The notes: a model not told the origin generated them from the sequence alone. DNA of 63,972 bases, filler included, from Lenisia limosa (GCA_001655205.1; 14 parts of 14 records of this genome joined end to end with filler, not necessarily neighbours in it), one strand, 5' to 3'; counted from the first letter of the whole stretch, positions 13,708 to 27,150 are shown. Translations and numbers: made by a program.

Positions 13708-14045
13708 ATACAAATAAGTTGATTGGGTTTCTTTTTTTGTTCAGAATGTTTCCAATCCCCCTCCCCTCCCATAGGAGTGCCACACAAAAAGAGGGTAACG
13801 TGAACCTCCTTTGGAACTCCCTCTCTGAAACCTACAAAACTGCTCAGGTGGGGAGGTGTGTTAGAGCAGGCCGCTCTNNNNNNNNNNNNNNNNNNNNNNN
13901 NNNNNNNNNNNNNNNNNNNNNTTAATTAATTAANNNNNNNNNNNNNNNNNNNNNNNNNNNNNNNNNNNNNNNNNNNNGTGTTAAAAAAAAAGGGGGGGGG
14001 GAAAAAAAGGAAAAAAAGGAAAAAAAACGTTTGATAAGCCTACAG

Positions 14046-17000
14046 AAGTGGAGAAGACGGTGGTCTTGATGGGGCTGACGGAGTCCTCAACCTGCACAGC
14101 AAGAGACACGGAGTACTCGGTGTTTTCGGTGAGGCCTTCGATGAAGAAGGAAGTGGTGTTAGCGGGAAGAGTCTCGTTCAGGCCGATAGCGGGAAGGGTC
14201 AGGATGAACTCGGCGTTGGGGTAGGTGACACCATACCAGAACACGTCAGCGGTGGTGACTGCGGCATCGACAATCAAGGTCACGGGTTTGGCGGGAGTGG
14301 GGCAAACCATGCCGGCAGGGCGGCAGAAGCCGAGAGAGCAAGCCTGGCACTCGGGAATGTCGGAACAGCCTTCTAGGGGAAGGAAGTCACACTTGACAAG
14401 GTCGGCGTGGGCATAGACCCATTTGCCCATCTCAGAGTGACGGACGCGGATCTCCATTTCAGTCACCTCAGGGGTGGCAGCGTGCTTGTAGGGGAAGGAG
14501 ATCATGAAATCGGAAGTGGTGTCGTTGAAGCCGTGTGTGCCGAGGACTTCGACGTAGAAGACATCGATCATGTCCTTGAGGTCGATGTTGAGCGTCCACC
14601 TGGCCGTGAAGCCAGGGTAGCTGTCAGCAACAAGAGACAATGTGGCAACCTGGTGGTGTGAACGAGATAAAGAGAACCAAGAAAAGTGACTATTCATTCC
14701 GTCATCATCTTTTGTATAAATGTAAAAAAAAAATAAAAAATAAAAACAAGGCCGAAGACGTCCACACCACGCTAATAAATTTATGGATTAGAGCATTCAA
14801 TCATCATACCTCAAGCTTCTCGCAGAGGGGGCCGAAAGTGCCGTCGGGACACTCACAAGTGAAGGAGTTCATGTCCTGAAGGATTATGATGTGTTGGTGA
14901 GTAATACTATCGGTTTAAACATGTGTTCATACTAATACTCTTTGTGACAGTAGATAGAACATCCCCTCACCTCAGCAGCAACGCAAATCTTGTCCCCAGA
15001 GCAAGGCTTGGGACCGCAGGGGTCGTCATACTTGGTCTTCAAAACGGCGTTTCCAACCTGGGTGGGAAATGAGAGGAAATGCTGAAGGAAAACACTTGAC
15101 GTTGCAAAGAATAAGGTGGTAATCGAAAACGTATAATTGCTAAAGAAGGAGCCGCTCACAGTCAAGACATCGCCAGGCATGAGGTCGACAGTGACCCAGG
15201 TAGCGTTGGCAGCGGCAGTGGAAACAAGGTTGCCGTTGATGAGAATGGTAACGCTTTCATGGGTGGTGGCAAACTGTGAAGTGTGACTGGTTATATTGAT
15301 ATATAAAGGTGGAAATGAGGAATAAAAAAAAAGGGCGCATCTGGCAGAGCTAAGATAGGCACGAAGACTTCTTGAAGTGAGTGGTGTCCTACCTTGATGT
15401 CAACGGACATGCCAGCGGTGGGAAGACGCAGAACGTATTCAGTGGTAACGGGGATAACTTGCTGTAAGGGTTAGATAGGTAACAAAAAAGCCAGTTTGTT
15501 TTAGCTAATATAAATAGTGATTGTTGAGAAGAAAACCCCATTACGTTATCGAAGTACACAAAGAGAGAGCTGTTGAAGAGGCAAACATGGCCCTCAGTGT
15601 CATCAGGACAGGCTAGAGAGTCAGTGATAAGAATGAAGAATGTAATCATCATATTGAAAGAAAGAAAGCAACTAAGAGTAACACTTTTCCTTGCTGATAG
15701 GTAGGACCATTCAACCCATGAATAAAAAAGCTCACCAGTCTGAGGAGTAGGAACAGGGGGCTCGGCGGGGACGGCACAAGACNNNNNNNNNNNNNNNNNN
15801 NNNNNNNNNNNNNNNNNNNNNNNNNNNNNNNNNNNNNNNNNNNNNNNNNNNNNNNNNNNNNNNNNNNNNNNNNNNNNNNNNNNNNNNNNNNNNNNNNNNN
15901 CAACGAGGCAAGGAGCCATCATAGTGAAGTTGGGAGCAAGATAGGGGGTGAGAGACACAAGCTCGGCAATGTACTCGGGCTCGTAAGCAGTGCAAGTCAG
16001 GTACTCGGCACACTCCTCAGCCATGGTGACGGGAGAGCAGGGGGTGTACAGGCCAAGGGAGCAGCGGGATTCTCCAAAGGAGCAGGCAGAAGGAACGCCT
16101 TCGACGGTGCAACCCTGGAGAGTGAGTGCACTTTGTCAAGAGAGAATATTCAGGACTTCATTTCACAGAGCTAAAGTTAGGATATTAAGGCACCCCCCCC
16201 CCCCNNNNNNNNNNNNNNNNNNNNNNNNNNNNNNNNNNNNNNNNNNNNNNNNNNNNNNNNNNNNNNNNNNNNNNNNNNNNNNNNNNNNNNNNNNNNNNNN
16301 NNNNNNNNNNNNNNNNNNNNNNNNNNNNNNNNNNNNCAAAACCGCAATTTACCATCTCCATTGTAATTCCATAGACCAGCGTACCTGTCCTCCAGGGCCA
16401 CAGACGCGCTTGCCGGTGGTGCAAGAATACTCAGGACGAGTGACGTTGCACTCGAGCATCTCGCCAGTCAAACAGGGCTCACAATAGCTGTCCCTCTTGT
16501 CAGAGTCATAGCGAAGGACTTCACCTTCCCAGTCAGGGGGACATCTAAGGAATGAGGGTTCTGTCACAGCGTAGATACGTATTACGGTACTATTGTTGTA
16601 ACCAGAATGATTATCCGGCCAACCTTGCTTCTTCATCACAGAAGCACTCGCCAATACGCTGGAGGGTCGTGGCGTTGATCACCATGAAGCCTTGGGGGCA
16701 GGCGGGGTCGTCACAGAGACGGATGAGCTGGAAGGGCATGTCATCATCACCACCACCACCGTGGCGCATTGAGTCGCGGTAGTCAAAGAACAGCTCAGCG
16801 TGGCTTGAGACGACAGGGGTCAGGGAAGTGGTGGCGTCGACACATTGGCCGTGGGCGAAGGAGTACTCGTCGTCTCTCACTACGAAGTAAGTAAAATGCT
16901 GAAGGTAAGCGATTCTCAATGCGCATTATGGGGGAGGTGTAAAAAACAAANNNNNNNNNNNNNNNNNNNNNNNNNNNNNNNNNNNNNNNNNNNNNNNNNN

Positions 17001-18722
17001 NNNNNNNNNNNNNNNNNNNNNNNNNNNNNNNNNNNNNNNNNNNNNNNNNNNNNNNNTGAAGTCAGCACAGACAGCTGGAGTGTAAACGAGACAATGAAAA
17101 AATTAACATAAATAGCAGTAGGTAAGAAGAACAATACTCTCAGAAAACGAGACCCACCAGTGGTACGTGGGCACATGTCGTATTGCGAACTATGGCCGCT
17201 GTGGGTAAGAGCGTAAACCTCCATGTGGTATCCATTGCTGCCGTCGTAGGCGGAGAAGCACTCGCCGGTCTCGACGTCGAAGGCACAGGTGAAGTAGTCC
17301 ATTTCTTCGCTGTTGCGTTGGAAGACACCACCATGGACACAGGTCTGGCAGTCGGTGTTGGAGAGGCTGGCGCAGAGGAAGTTGGCTGGGGGATAAAAAA
17401 CGAAAAAAGCGTAAATATGATGATATGTACTCTCTCAAATTTGATGACACAGAAGAAAAAACTCAAGATACGGCTATGAAACAACTCCCCTCACTATCGG
17501 GGTAGTTTTGAGAGCAGTCTTGGGTGGTGCTTTCAGAGGTCAGGGAGCATACGCCACGGTTATGGAAGCCGCACTTGGGGTCAGCAATACAGGCAGCGCA
17601 ATCGGCGCCATGTTTACGTAAGCAGGTGTCAGGGTGCTCAGCGCGGCACTCGAGAGGGTTCTCAGCATGGACAGGGGCGGAGTTGTTAGACATGCAGACG
17701 TAGTTTTGCATGTCAAAGAAGCAACCGTTCTCCTACAATTGTCAAATTGTGACAGAAGAGTGAGGGAGAGTGAGAGTGAGTGAGTGAGAACTGTACAGGT
17801 TTAATCAAATTACTTATGCAATTCCACCGACAGTGCAAGCATTACAGTCGTGGTAACGAGAGCATTCGACCGTGCAAGCTCCGGTATCGTTGACGTTGAT
17901 GGTGCCGGGACGGCTTGAGATGTCGTAAGAAGCCTCCTCGTGGTTTCTAAAGGAGGTTAATAAACACAACGAAGGAGAATGATTCCCTATATACAGTGAT
18001 CGGAATAAGTCTTAACCGATCTGCTAAATAATTTTACATTGAAAATCGGCCAAGACTTATCCCGGTCACTATCGCCTCCTCCACGAACCTGCATCTGTAC
18101 TCCTGCGTGTCAAACACGCAGTTAAGCATGGGGTCTTCGATACATTCAGCGCAAGTGTTAACCATCTGACAAAGGTCAATAATTACTAAGCAGAGCTATT
18201 AACATGGATACAACTCCGAATATCAGGAAGTTGATCTTTAGAAAAAGATTTAATAACCTCATACATTGCAGTCATGGCACTGATAGGACTTGGTGAACAT
18301 AGTCATGTCGTCAACTGCGGAAGTACAGGTCTGAAGCACTCCGTTGTAGCCGCAAGTGAAGCCGTACTCAGAGGCAACACTAGTGCAAGACCAACAGTCA
18401 GTGAAATCCTCGCATCCAGAGAAGACGGGGCAAGAGCCAGCCTCAGTGATGGCCTGGGTTACATTCTTGACCTCAGTGGCATACTGGCAAGTATGGCCCT
18501 CTACCGCGTTATAGCTGCAGCCGGACTCCAAGACACAATCGTCGCAGTGGTATCTGAACTCATGGCATCTGGGGCACATGTCAAAGTCAGTGACGTCACC
18601 TTCGGCAGCAGGCCCTTGCTCCTGGCAACCAGTGTTGAGGTTGAAGGCGCATCCCTGGTGGAGGCAGTGGTTGCACTCGTAGTGCGACTCGCAGTTGGGG
18701 GTCACCACTTGGATGGATCCGC
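14046..18722 (-). CDS. Large Cys-rich extracellular protein with PSI-like repeats, EGF and FN3 domains (partial at both ends)
   Basis: Exons encode repeated C..C..C..C....C motifs (CEDFTDCWSCTSVASEYGFTCGY; CLRKHGADCAACIADPKCGF), an EGF domain (DDPCGPKPCSGDKICVAAE|DMNSFTCECPDGTFGPLCEK) and an FN3-like C-terminal segment (TTSFFIEGLTENTEYSVSLAV). Confidence 0.75.
17994..18071. mobile_element. Tc1/mariner-type MITE (CAGTG TIR)
   Basis: cagtgatcggaataagtcttaaccgat...atcggccaagacttatcccggtcact. Confidence 0.8.
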
Positions 18723-18854
18723 CNNNNNNNNNNNNNNNNNNNNNNNNNNNNNNNNNNNNNNNNNNNNTTAATTAATTAANNNNNNNNNNNNNNNNNNNNN
18801 NNNNNNNNNNNNNNNNNNNNNNNTTACCCCAAAATCTCTCTATAACCCCCTCAC

Positions 18855-19547
18855 TGGTCTCCCCAAGCTGCTCCTTGATTTTAACGAAATCCGAGCCGCC
18901 AACAACACCAATAGTGACTTTTTTGCGCAGTTCCTTCAGGAAGGACACCATATCGTCTTTCACTGTCTGAGGGAGGAAGTGAAATTGGAAAATAAACAAA
19001 CAATACGAATAATCCAATGAACAATACTGGCATAATACGTAAAGGTGTTCATCACAACCCAAATAATCCCAATCTCCAACCAAAAAAAAAAAAANNNNNN
19101 NNNNNNNNNNNNNNNNNNNNNNNNNNNNNNNNNNNNNNNNNNNNNNNNNNNNNNNNNNNNNNNNNNNNNNNNTAAAACTAGAGAAAAACTTGACGACAAG
19201 TATAAGATATACTATGATGATACAATATGACTGGATCTCTGAATAGTTTCCTATCTTTCATAATAAACCTTCGATTCCGGTTAAAAATGTCTTCATATAA
19301 ACATATCCCTCGTCAAGATGGACGAACATGAAAGGTATCAAAATATGACATCTTTCAGTTCCCCCTCCATAGCACCAAAATTCATCTTCCTCGCGTAAAT
19401 CACCCTTATAATGCCATAACTCCCTGTTAACCCAAGTTTAGCAGTTCATAAGGCCCACAAACGCAACGATCTCACTCCACTCACCAGACGGGGGTCGGTG
19501 AGAGTACCGTCAACGTCAAAAAGAACAATTGTGTCACGAGCTGCCAT
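18855..19547 (-). CDS. PMM: Eukaryotic phosphomannomutase (HAD family), first two exons
   Basis: [21 protein letters not shown]|[37 protein letters not shown]. Contains the DVDGT catalytic motif and the GVVGGSD motif of PMM2/SEC53. Truncated at scaffold end. Confidence 0.93.
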
Positions 19548-19840
19548 TGTGAATGTGATTTTGAGAGCCATTGAGTTCGTTAGCTTAAATAGCATTGTGC
19601 TGAATTGAACCCCTGGGTTCTATATATAAAACTCAAAACTTCTCCAGCCAGCGCTTTTTTTGTTGTAGTGCTAAAATCTGTCTCAGTTACCTCAGTGTTA
19701 CCTCTCAACTCAATTTATAGACAACTTAGACTAATTCGGATTCGGTATTTTTGTGATCTCGTTACCCCCTCTCTTAGCTCCTCTCACTGTTTAATGTTGA
19801 GTTAATACAGTGAACGAGTGATTTATACTCTTTTATTGCA

Positions 19841-22800
19841 ATGAAGATTGTTAAAAGAGCAGTACTCAAGGACTCCTCTGGGACTCTGGTGATCATTGCA
19901 CAAGAGGTTGGTGTGGTTGAAGAGATGAGAAATAAAAATAGGTTGTTTCTGGCCGAAGCCGTGCACACCATCACGCTTGTAAGTACATTCACCTCTATCA
20001 TTTGAGAACCATGCTTTTCTCATCCATCCCTACTATTTGCCTTCACCTTGAATTCTTAATCCTCACTGAATTTGGCTCTTTTTTCCCTCTCCAATCTCTT
20101 CCAATCTTTCTTTTTTGTTTGGGTTTGCTTTGCATTTATCATACTCTTATGTAGTGTTGGTTGTAGTTATTGTATATTCATGACCCCCCCCCCCAGTCTT
20201 ATTCTGGTTGCTGTTTATTTNNNNNNNNNNNNNNNNNNNNNNNNNNNNNNNNNNNNNNNNNNNNNNNNNNNNNNNNNNNNNNNNNNNNNNNNNNNNNNNN
20301 NNNNNNNNNNNNNNNNNNNNNNNNNNNNNNNNNNNNNNNNNNNNNNNNNNNNNNNNNNNNNNNNNNNNNNNNNCCTTTGGCAAGCCTACAATCTCATCAA
20401 CGTTGATGACAGGGTTTCGGCAAGTACTGTTCGTCGTCTTAACCAGGTTGGTTGGGCGTCATATTGGTTCTAAACAAGTCTGGCCGAAGTCATCTACACA
20501 TAGTCCCTCATAATGACCCACCCAAAACCAACAGAATACTCAACACCAAGCACACCCTTTTTGTTTCAACGCATACTACCCCCAAGACTGGNNNNNNNNN
20601 NNNNNNNNNNNNNNNNNNNNNNNNNNNNNNNNNNNNNNNNNNNNNNNNNNNNNNNNNNNNNNNNNNNNNNNNNNNNNNNNNNNNNNNNNNNNNNNNNNNN
20701 NNNNNNNNNNNNNNNNNNNNNNNNNNNNNNNNNNNNNNNNNNNNNNNNNNNNNNNNNNNNNNNNNNNNNNNNNNNNNNNNNNNNNNNNNNNNNNNNNNNN
20801 NNNNNNNNNNNNNNNNNNNNNNNNNNNNNNNNNNNNNNNNCACACTCACTATCAAAGCCGAAAGGGTGGGGTTGATTTCAGTTTTGTTGTGTATCTTTGT
20901 CCAAATTATGGAAATCTGTGAGTGAGTCTTGATAAGCCTGTATGTTCAAAATTGATGTGGAAGGGTTGGGTTGTTTTCAGCTCGTTGTGTTGCTTGCCAA
21001 AAGAGTTGATTTTAGACCTTTTTTGTTTCATAAATTTTCCGTTATCACANNNNNNNNNNNNNNNNNNNNNNNNNNNNNNNNNNNNNNNNNNNNNNNNNNN
21101 NNNNNNNNNNNNNNNNNNNNNNNNNNNNNNNNNNNNNNNNNNNNNNNNNNNNNNNNNNNNNNNNNNNNNNNNNNNNNNNNNNNNNNNNNNNNNNNNNNNN
21201 NNNNNNNNNNNCAGGGTAGGCCCAGGGCTTCACTTTCGGTTCCAAAAAAAGACTGAATTCTCGATAAATCCTCGAAAAATATCAATATTTTGTCAGCCTT
21301 TGAGAACCGAAAGTGAAGCTCTAACTAAATGGCTTGATTCTAGATGTTTAGTATTTAATAGTTTATATCAAAACTCTATTTTATATCATAGTATATGATG
21401 TATATTATATTACTATTTGCGATGATATTTCATTTTTTATAATTTTATTAATTTAGATGGGGGCGTACCACACCCTCGACATCCCTCTTAACCTCAAATT
21501 CTCGATAACTAAAGACGAATGGTGGGAGGGGGGGGGGGGAATGTGGCATTGTGGCTTTCTTGTGCGCATATCATATGATACGGCTTATTATTTGTTTATT
21601 TTGAATTTCGACACTATTTCATTATTTCCACCAAAAAAAAAATCTCATTCTGAATAAGAACACATTGGCTTTGTTCAATTTATTAAATGACAACTGGTAT
21701 TTAAGAAATAAAACATGTTTAAATCTATTTAATTCAAACCAGTATAATAATTGTGGTGTGTTTTTGTTAATCAAGATTTAATTACAGCCACTATAGATAG
21801 CATATGTATGTTATATGTTATATATTTATTTAATTACAACCAAGGGACTCGGTCTCCATCGGACGGTTAGAAGATCTTGCAAACCCCGAAAACAGTAGTG
21901 ACCTGGCTGCCGTGATTATGCAGGTTTGGTTTTGTGTAACAAAGAATAAGAGTATCAGGTCTTGCCATATTAGGAGGTTTATTGGTTTTTCTTACCATAT
22001 TAGGAAGGTCTATTGGTTTTTCTTACCTTATTAGGAAGGGCTTTGCCACGTCTGCCTTGTGAGTAGATCGCTCACCATCTTAAAGTGCAAAATTGAAGTC
22101 AGCATCCCGAAGAAGCGAAGAGGAGGGCAGAGCCAACATGACAAGGTGATGATTATCCAAAAATAATAAAAACAACAAGAAAATGTTTTATCAAAGTTTT
22201 TTAGTACCCTACTACCTANNNNNNNNNNNNNNNNNNNNNNNNNNNNNNNNNNNNNNNNNNNNNNNNNNNNNNNNNNNNNNNNNNNNNNNNNNNNNNNNNN
22301 NNNNNNNNNNNNNNNNNNNNNNCTTGCCTACATCATTCCCTGTAAAAATATATCATATGATATTATGTAGATTGAATGTAAATATGTGCTGTGACCGGAA
22401 TAATAAGTCTTGACCGATAAGGTCAAGACTTATCCCGGTCACTGTGTTTGTACACTATATGGGTGACCCATTACCTCATTCTCTGTAGACGCTGCACCGG
22501 TTCTACACGTCGTGCATGGACGCCATTATTCGCCATATCGACTTTAACGTCGTCAAATGCGTCCTAATCGCGTCACCCGGTTTTGTCAAGGTGGGTGGTT
22601 ATTGAGATTGTTTTGTCAAGGCGTGGGGGGCTAGTCCCCACTCCCTCCCCCCGTACGTTGGAGTGATGGGATGCNNNNNNNNNNNNNNNNNNNNNNNNNN
22701 NNNNNNNNNNNNNNNNNNNNNNNNNNNNNNNNNNNNNNNNNNNNNNNNNNNNNNNNNNNNNNNNNNNNNNNNNNNNNNNNNNNNNNNNNNNNNNNNNNNN

Positions 22801-23948
22801 NNNNNNNTCCAATTTTACTCCCCCCAGGACTCCTTCTGGGAGTTTATGAAGGTGGAAGCGGCTCGGCGAGAAGGGGACTACTCCACCATCCTCCAACATA
22901 AGGGGCACTTTGTCCTGACTAAAGCTTCTTCGCCCTATCTTGTGGGGGTGGGGGTAAAATATCGATATTTATCGAGGACTTAAATCGGTCAAAACTTATC
23001 CGCTGTGTGTATGATATATCACAAATACAAAAACAAATTCCGAGTGTATCAGAGCATCATTGAGTCTTGCCGGGCAATTACCACACGAATGGATATGAGG
23101 CATCATATCACTGCGTGGAAAATGAATGTTCACACGTGTGAAAATGATCCAAAACGTGATATGGTAAATAATCTTCTAGGGTGCTCTGAAAGAAATCTTG
23201 GCCGACCCAAGTATAACCGGCAAATTGCAGGTGGGGGGGGGGTGGACGGCTTTGACCGGATACAAACTTGCTTTCTCATCTCCATATCATTATATCATGT
23301 CATATGATGCAATATATATATTATATTATACTGTATATCATATACTACTATATAACACCCCAGGGGGCCAGAGTTGCAGATGACGTGAGTTTGATGCAGC
23401 GTTTCATGCGAACTATAGGCGACGACCCAGACCGGGCTGTTTATGGGTAAATGGAGAGCTGTTTATGTATTGGTTGCTTGCTTGATTTTTGTAATTTTTA
23501 TGTTCCTTCAAGTTGGTGTGGGCTATTTGAGGGCTTGGTGGGGGGTGGGGTGTGGGTATACATTTTGGGCTTCACTTCGGTGCAAAAAAAAGACTGAATG
23601 TCTCGATAAATTCTCGAAAACTATCGATATTTTCCCGAGATTTTTCGAACCGAAGTGAAGCCCTGTTTGTATATGTTGGGGATACAGTGACCGGAATAAG
23701 TCTTGACCGATTGCAATGATACCCAAGGAAAATAGGTCAAGACTGGTCCCGGTCACTGTACTTTGCTGATAGTTCATTATCATTATTCTGCTCTCAGGCA
23801 ATATAACCGTATCTTATGTGTGAGGTATATACATCCTATGGTTTAATTCCCTGATCTGCACAAACTAATTTCGTAGGGAAAAAGAGGTCCTTTACGCCAG
23901 CAACCATGCAGCAATTGAGCATCTTCTTATTGTTGATACCCTCTTCAG
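19841..23948 (+). CDS. PELO: Pelota/Dom34 ribosome rescue factor (C-terminal exons not found)
   Basis: Spliced exons MKIVKRAVLKDSSGTLVIIAQE, LWQAYNLINVDDRVSASTVRR, MGAYHTLDIPLNLKFSITKDEW, DLAAVIMQ|EGLCHVCL, IDFNVVKCVLIASPGFVK, DDPDRAVYG and AIEHLLIVDTLFR match pelota motifs in order. Confidence 0.95.
20975..21049 (+). repeat. Repeat F in a pelota intron
   Basis: ctcgttgtgttgcttgccaaaagagttgattttagacc..tttcataaattttcc, running into an N gap. Further copies or fragments at ~12641, 22660-22827, 25185, 26175, 26345, 26721-26810, 33765, 34200, 34628 and 56633. Confidence 0.7.
21223..21323 (+). mobile_element. hAT-type MITE, subfamily A (pelota intron)
   Basis: cagggcttcactttcggttcc...gaaccgaaagtgaagctcta. 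Confidence 0.8.
22389..22444. mobile_element. Tc1/mariner-type MITE, internally deleted
   Basis: gtgaccggaataataagtcttgacc gataa ggtcaagacttatcccggtcactg; almost a pure palindrome. Confidence 0.8.
23565..23665 (+). mobile_element. hAT-type MITE, subfamily A (pelota intron)
   Basis: gggcttcacttcggtgc...cgaaccgaagtgaagccc with full internal core. Confidence 0.85.
23685..23758. mobile_element. Tc1/mariner-type MITE (best copy)
   Basis: TA|CAGTGACCGG...CCGGTCACTG|TA, giving a TA TSD and ~25-bp TIRs. Further partial copies at 33283-33349, 35221-35262 and ~22981. Confidence 0.88.
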
Positions 23949-24419
23949 GTGAGTAATTGTTACTAAAGGGGGTTCTCTACGATCCCAAAAAAGACTGAAA
24001 ATCTCGATAAATCCTCGATAAATATCTAGGTACAACACTGGAACTAATTATCTGGTTTTCTCTACCCCCCTTTAACTCGTGTTTGTTATGGTTTGGGTTG
24101 TTGTGTTTTTTGTTTGGAGTTTTAGATTATTCGGTTCGTGCTGTACCTTAGCGCCAATATTCTGCATCCTTCGTTTTACCCTCTCCCCTCCCTATTTGGC
24201 TATTTTTAGTTGCTCTATTTGTCTGGAGATAGTACACACGTCTTTTAGAACCGAAAATAAACTCTAGTCAAACTAAAGAACGAAAAACATAGGAATAAAT
24301 AAATACCCTTCCCATCAAAGTTCCACCAATTTGCGCAACCAGTAAACAGCAAAAAAACTTCAGCAAATGGAAAAAAGCCTCTCAATGGCTAACATTGATA
24401 GTTAACTGATATTTTTCGC

Positions 24420-26620
24420 ACCATTCCTGCATAGAGACAAAGGGCTTCTTTGTCTGGAACCTAAAACATGTAAAAAGACAAGAATTAAGTCTGGCTGGAT
24501 TCACCAGGTGCTTCCAACTTACAATCAGAGACTCAATGGTTTCAGGGTCTCCTCGCCCTTCTTGAACTGGGTAATATCATTATCCGATATGCCGAGACCT
24601 GTACTTCTCTAAACTGTGTAATGAAAGACCTGAATCGAACCTTCTCCTTGGGTTCAGGAAGAACATCATCTCATATCTTCTAATCATGAAGAACGAAAAA
24701 GAGTGAAAAGTTGTTCTGATAAGCAAAGTACCCCATCTAGAGTACATCTCCTCCCCAAATCTCCNNNNNNNNNNNNNNNNNNNNNNNNNNNNNNNNNNNN
24801 NNNNNNNNNNNNNNNNNNNNNNNNNNNNNNNNNNNNNNNNNNNNNNNNNNNNNNNNNNNNNNNNNNNNNNNNNNNNNNNNNNNNNNNNNNNNNNNNNNNN
24901 NNNNNNNNNNNNNNNNNNNNNNNNNNNNNNNNNNNNNNNNNNNNNNNNNNNNNNNNNNNNNNNNNNNNNNNNNNNAGACGACAAAAGAGAACCAGGGGGC
25001 TGTCGCTATCATGTCCAGTCAACACGCGACGGGAGAGCGTGGGGGGAGTGGGTTATGCTAACATGTGGGGTATTGTCTGTGTAATATAAAATAGTGGTTC
25101 CCTACAGTCCATCTGGTGTGAGAACTACATCTGATATACATAATACGTATGTATAACATGTGAAACTTATGTTTGTATTAGTTGTATTTGGGCTTTTTGT
25201 GTTTCATAAATTTTCTCACCCCCCCCCCCCCNNNNNNNNNNNNNNNNNNNNNNNNNNNNNNNNNNNNNNNNNNNNNNNGATGAGGACAGTGATGACAGCG
25301 ATTAGGTCTTGGTTTGGTTTGTTTCCTGTTAGAGGTGATGGTTTCAGGTGGTCTGATATAAGAACTAACATCGTGTCACTATCAAGCAAGGGGTAGACTA
25401 TGGCTTCGCTCCTGTTCGACAAAGACCACTACAATATCGATAGTTTTCGAGGATGAAATTCTCTTTTTTTTTGAGCCGAAGCGGCCCTTGGGATGCGTTG
25501 AAATCCTTCATACGATCACTCATCACCGCCCCCCCCCTCCCACTTTTTACCACCCGCATCACCGTCCNNNNNNNNNNNNNNNNNNNNNNNNNNNNNNNNN
25601 NNNNNNNNNNNNNNNGGTGATGCATTTCGAGATTTAAACGAATCTGGTCAAAAATGGCAACAGAGCAGCCGGAACCGCAAACCGATGTCCCGATCGGCTG
25701 CACATGGTACAGGAGGTGGCGGGCGGAGTGGCTCTTGTTGAAAAATTTCCTTTGAATTTAATTATTTTCATATCCCATTTTTAGATGGCAGCCTTGAACC
25801 GGGGACTCAATAAATACAAAAGAAACAATCAAAACAACCTAGAAGAACAGACAGAGAAGAGACCAACAAAGCTTAGCGCTCCCCCAGAACATCATTAATA
25901 TCGAGATGAATATCGCGAGGAGTAGCCTCCTCCCGATGTGTACGATGAAGAGTAATAGTCCCGGGTCCCGCGTTCGGACTAAAATGTAAACCAATTTACG
26001 GCTAAACGTAAGTATGAAAAACATGTGAACAACATCTTTTTGTCACATGTTTTCAGCAACATCAAGAAATCTTCACACACACCATCACAAGAGATATTGA
26101 GGTATAACAATTAAATAGTAATTCTAATGATACTTTTAATAAAACAAAACAATTGTTATTTCTCCCCATCCATTTACTGCGACTGGCGTGTCGTTTTTAA
26201 CCCTAGTGTTTCATAAATGCTAGCCAACAAAGTGAATAGGCTTTCTTTATTTCATAAATATTCCACCCCCCCCTCACAATCGTATTCAGTCGGTCAGGTA
26301 CACGCTTCCTCTCATCAAAAGACCTGTTTGGTTAGAATGAGGCGGAATAGTTGATTTTCGGCTTTTCTCTCATAAATTTTTCCATTATACCCCCCCACCT
26401 CCACCATATTGTACCAAGGGCTTCACTTTGGTTCGAAAAAATGGTAAAATCGATAGTTTTCGAGGGTTTATCGAGAAATTCAGTCTTTTTTCGAACCGAA
26501 GTGAAGCTCAAATTGTACCCCCCCTCGCACCAATCCGTGCCGGTTGAAGACAGGCGATCAGATAAGCGGCTTCCTTCGCCCCTCAGCGGCCGGATTTCCT
26601 GGGGGGATTATGCGAGGTAT
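24420..26620 (+). CDS. Hypothetical multi-exon protein (strand uncertain)
   Basis: Plus-strand segments with C-rich acceptors and GT donors (GDAFRDLNESGQKWQQSSRNRKP; NIINIEMNIARSSLLPMC). Some minus-strand readings are also open. Confidence 0.3.
26416..26511 (-). mobile_element. hAT-type MITE, subfamily A
   Basis: Inverted core. Exact 8-bp TSD attgtacc at 26408-26415 and 26512-26519. Confidence 0.9.
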
Positions 26621-26810
26621 NNNNNNNNNNNNNNNNNNNNNNNNNNNNNNNNNNNNNNNNNNNNTTAATTAATTAANNNNNNNNNNNNNNNNNNNNNNNN
26701 NNNNNNNNNNNNNNNNNNNNCTTTGTTTGTTTTGTTGATTTTGGACTCTTTATTATTATTATTTTTTTTCATAAATTTCCTTCGTTTTACTCCCCCCCCC
26801 CTCCCCCCAG

Positions 26811-27150
26811 GCGTGTTCCTGACGGATCTGACGTTCATTGAGGACGGTAACCCCGACACCATCATCAACGAGAACCTGGTCAACTTCAGCAAGAGAAGGA
26901 AGGTCGCCGCAGTCATCAGAGAAATCAACCAGTACCAGCAGGTAAGCTCATGGCGCTCTTTTGGCCTTACCCATCAGCAACCCTACTGCTTCGACGAGGT
27001 TCCTGCCATCACCAAATGGTGCCAGAACTTCGAGGTGGTTGACGAAGGTGGGCTACGTCACACCATTGAGATTTGTGTTGCATTTGATCTAATGATCCAG
27101 ACGAAAGCTACAAAATGTCTCTGGAGGCCGAGCCACGCCAGGCTGCCTAA
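26811..27150 (+). CDS. Ras guanine-nucleotide exchange factor (CDC25/RasGEF domain), C-terminal exons
   Basis: GVFLTDLTFIEDGNPDTIINENLVNFSKRRKVAAVIREINQYQQ|QPYCF...|ESYKMSLEAEPRQAA*. This is the characteristic RasGEF C-terminal motif. Confidence 0.92.
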
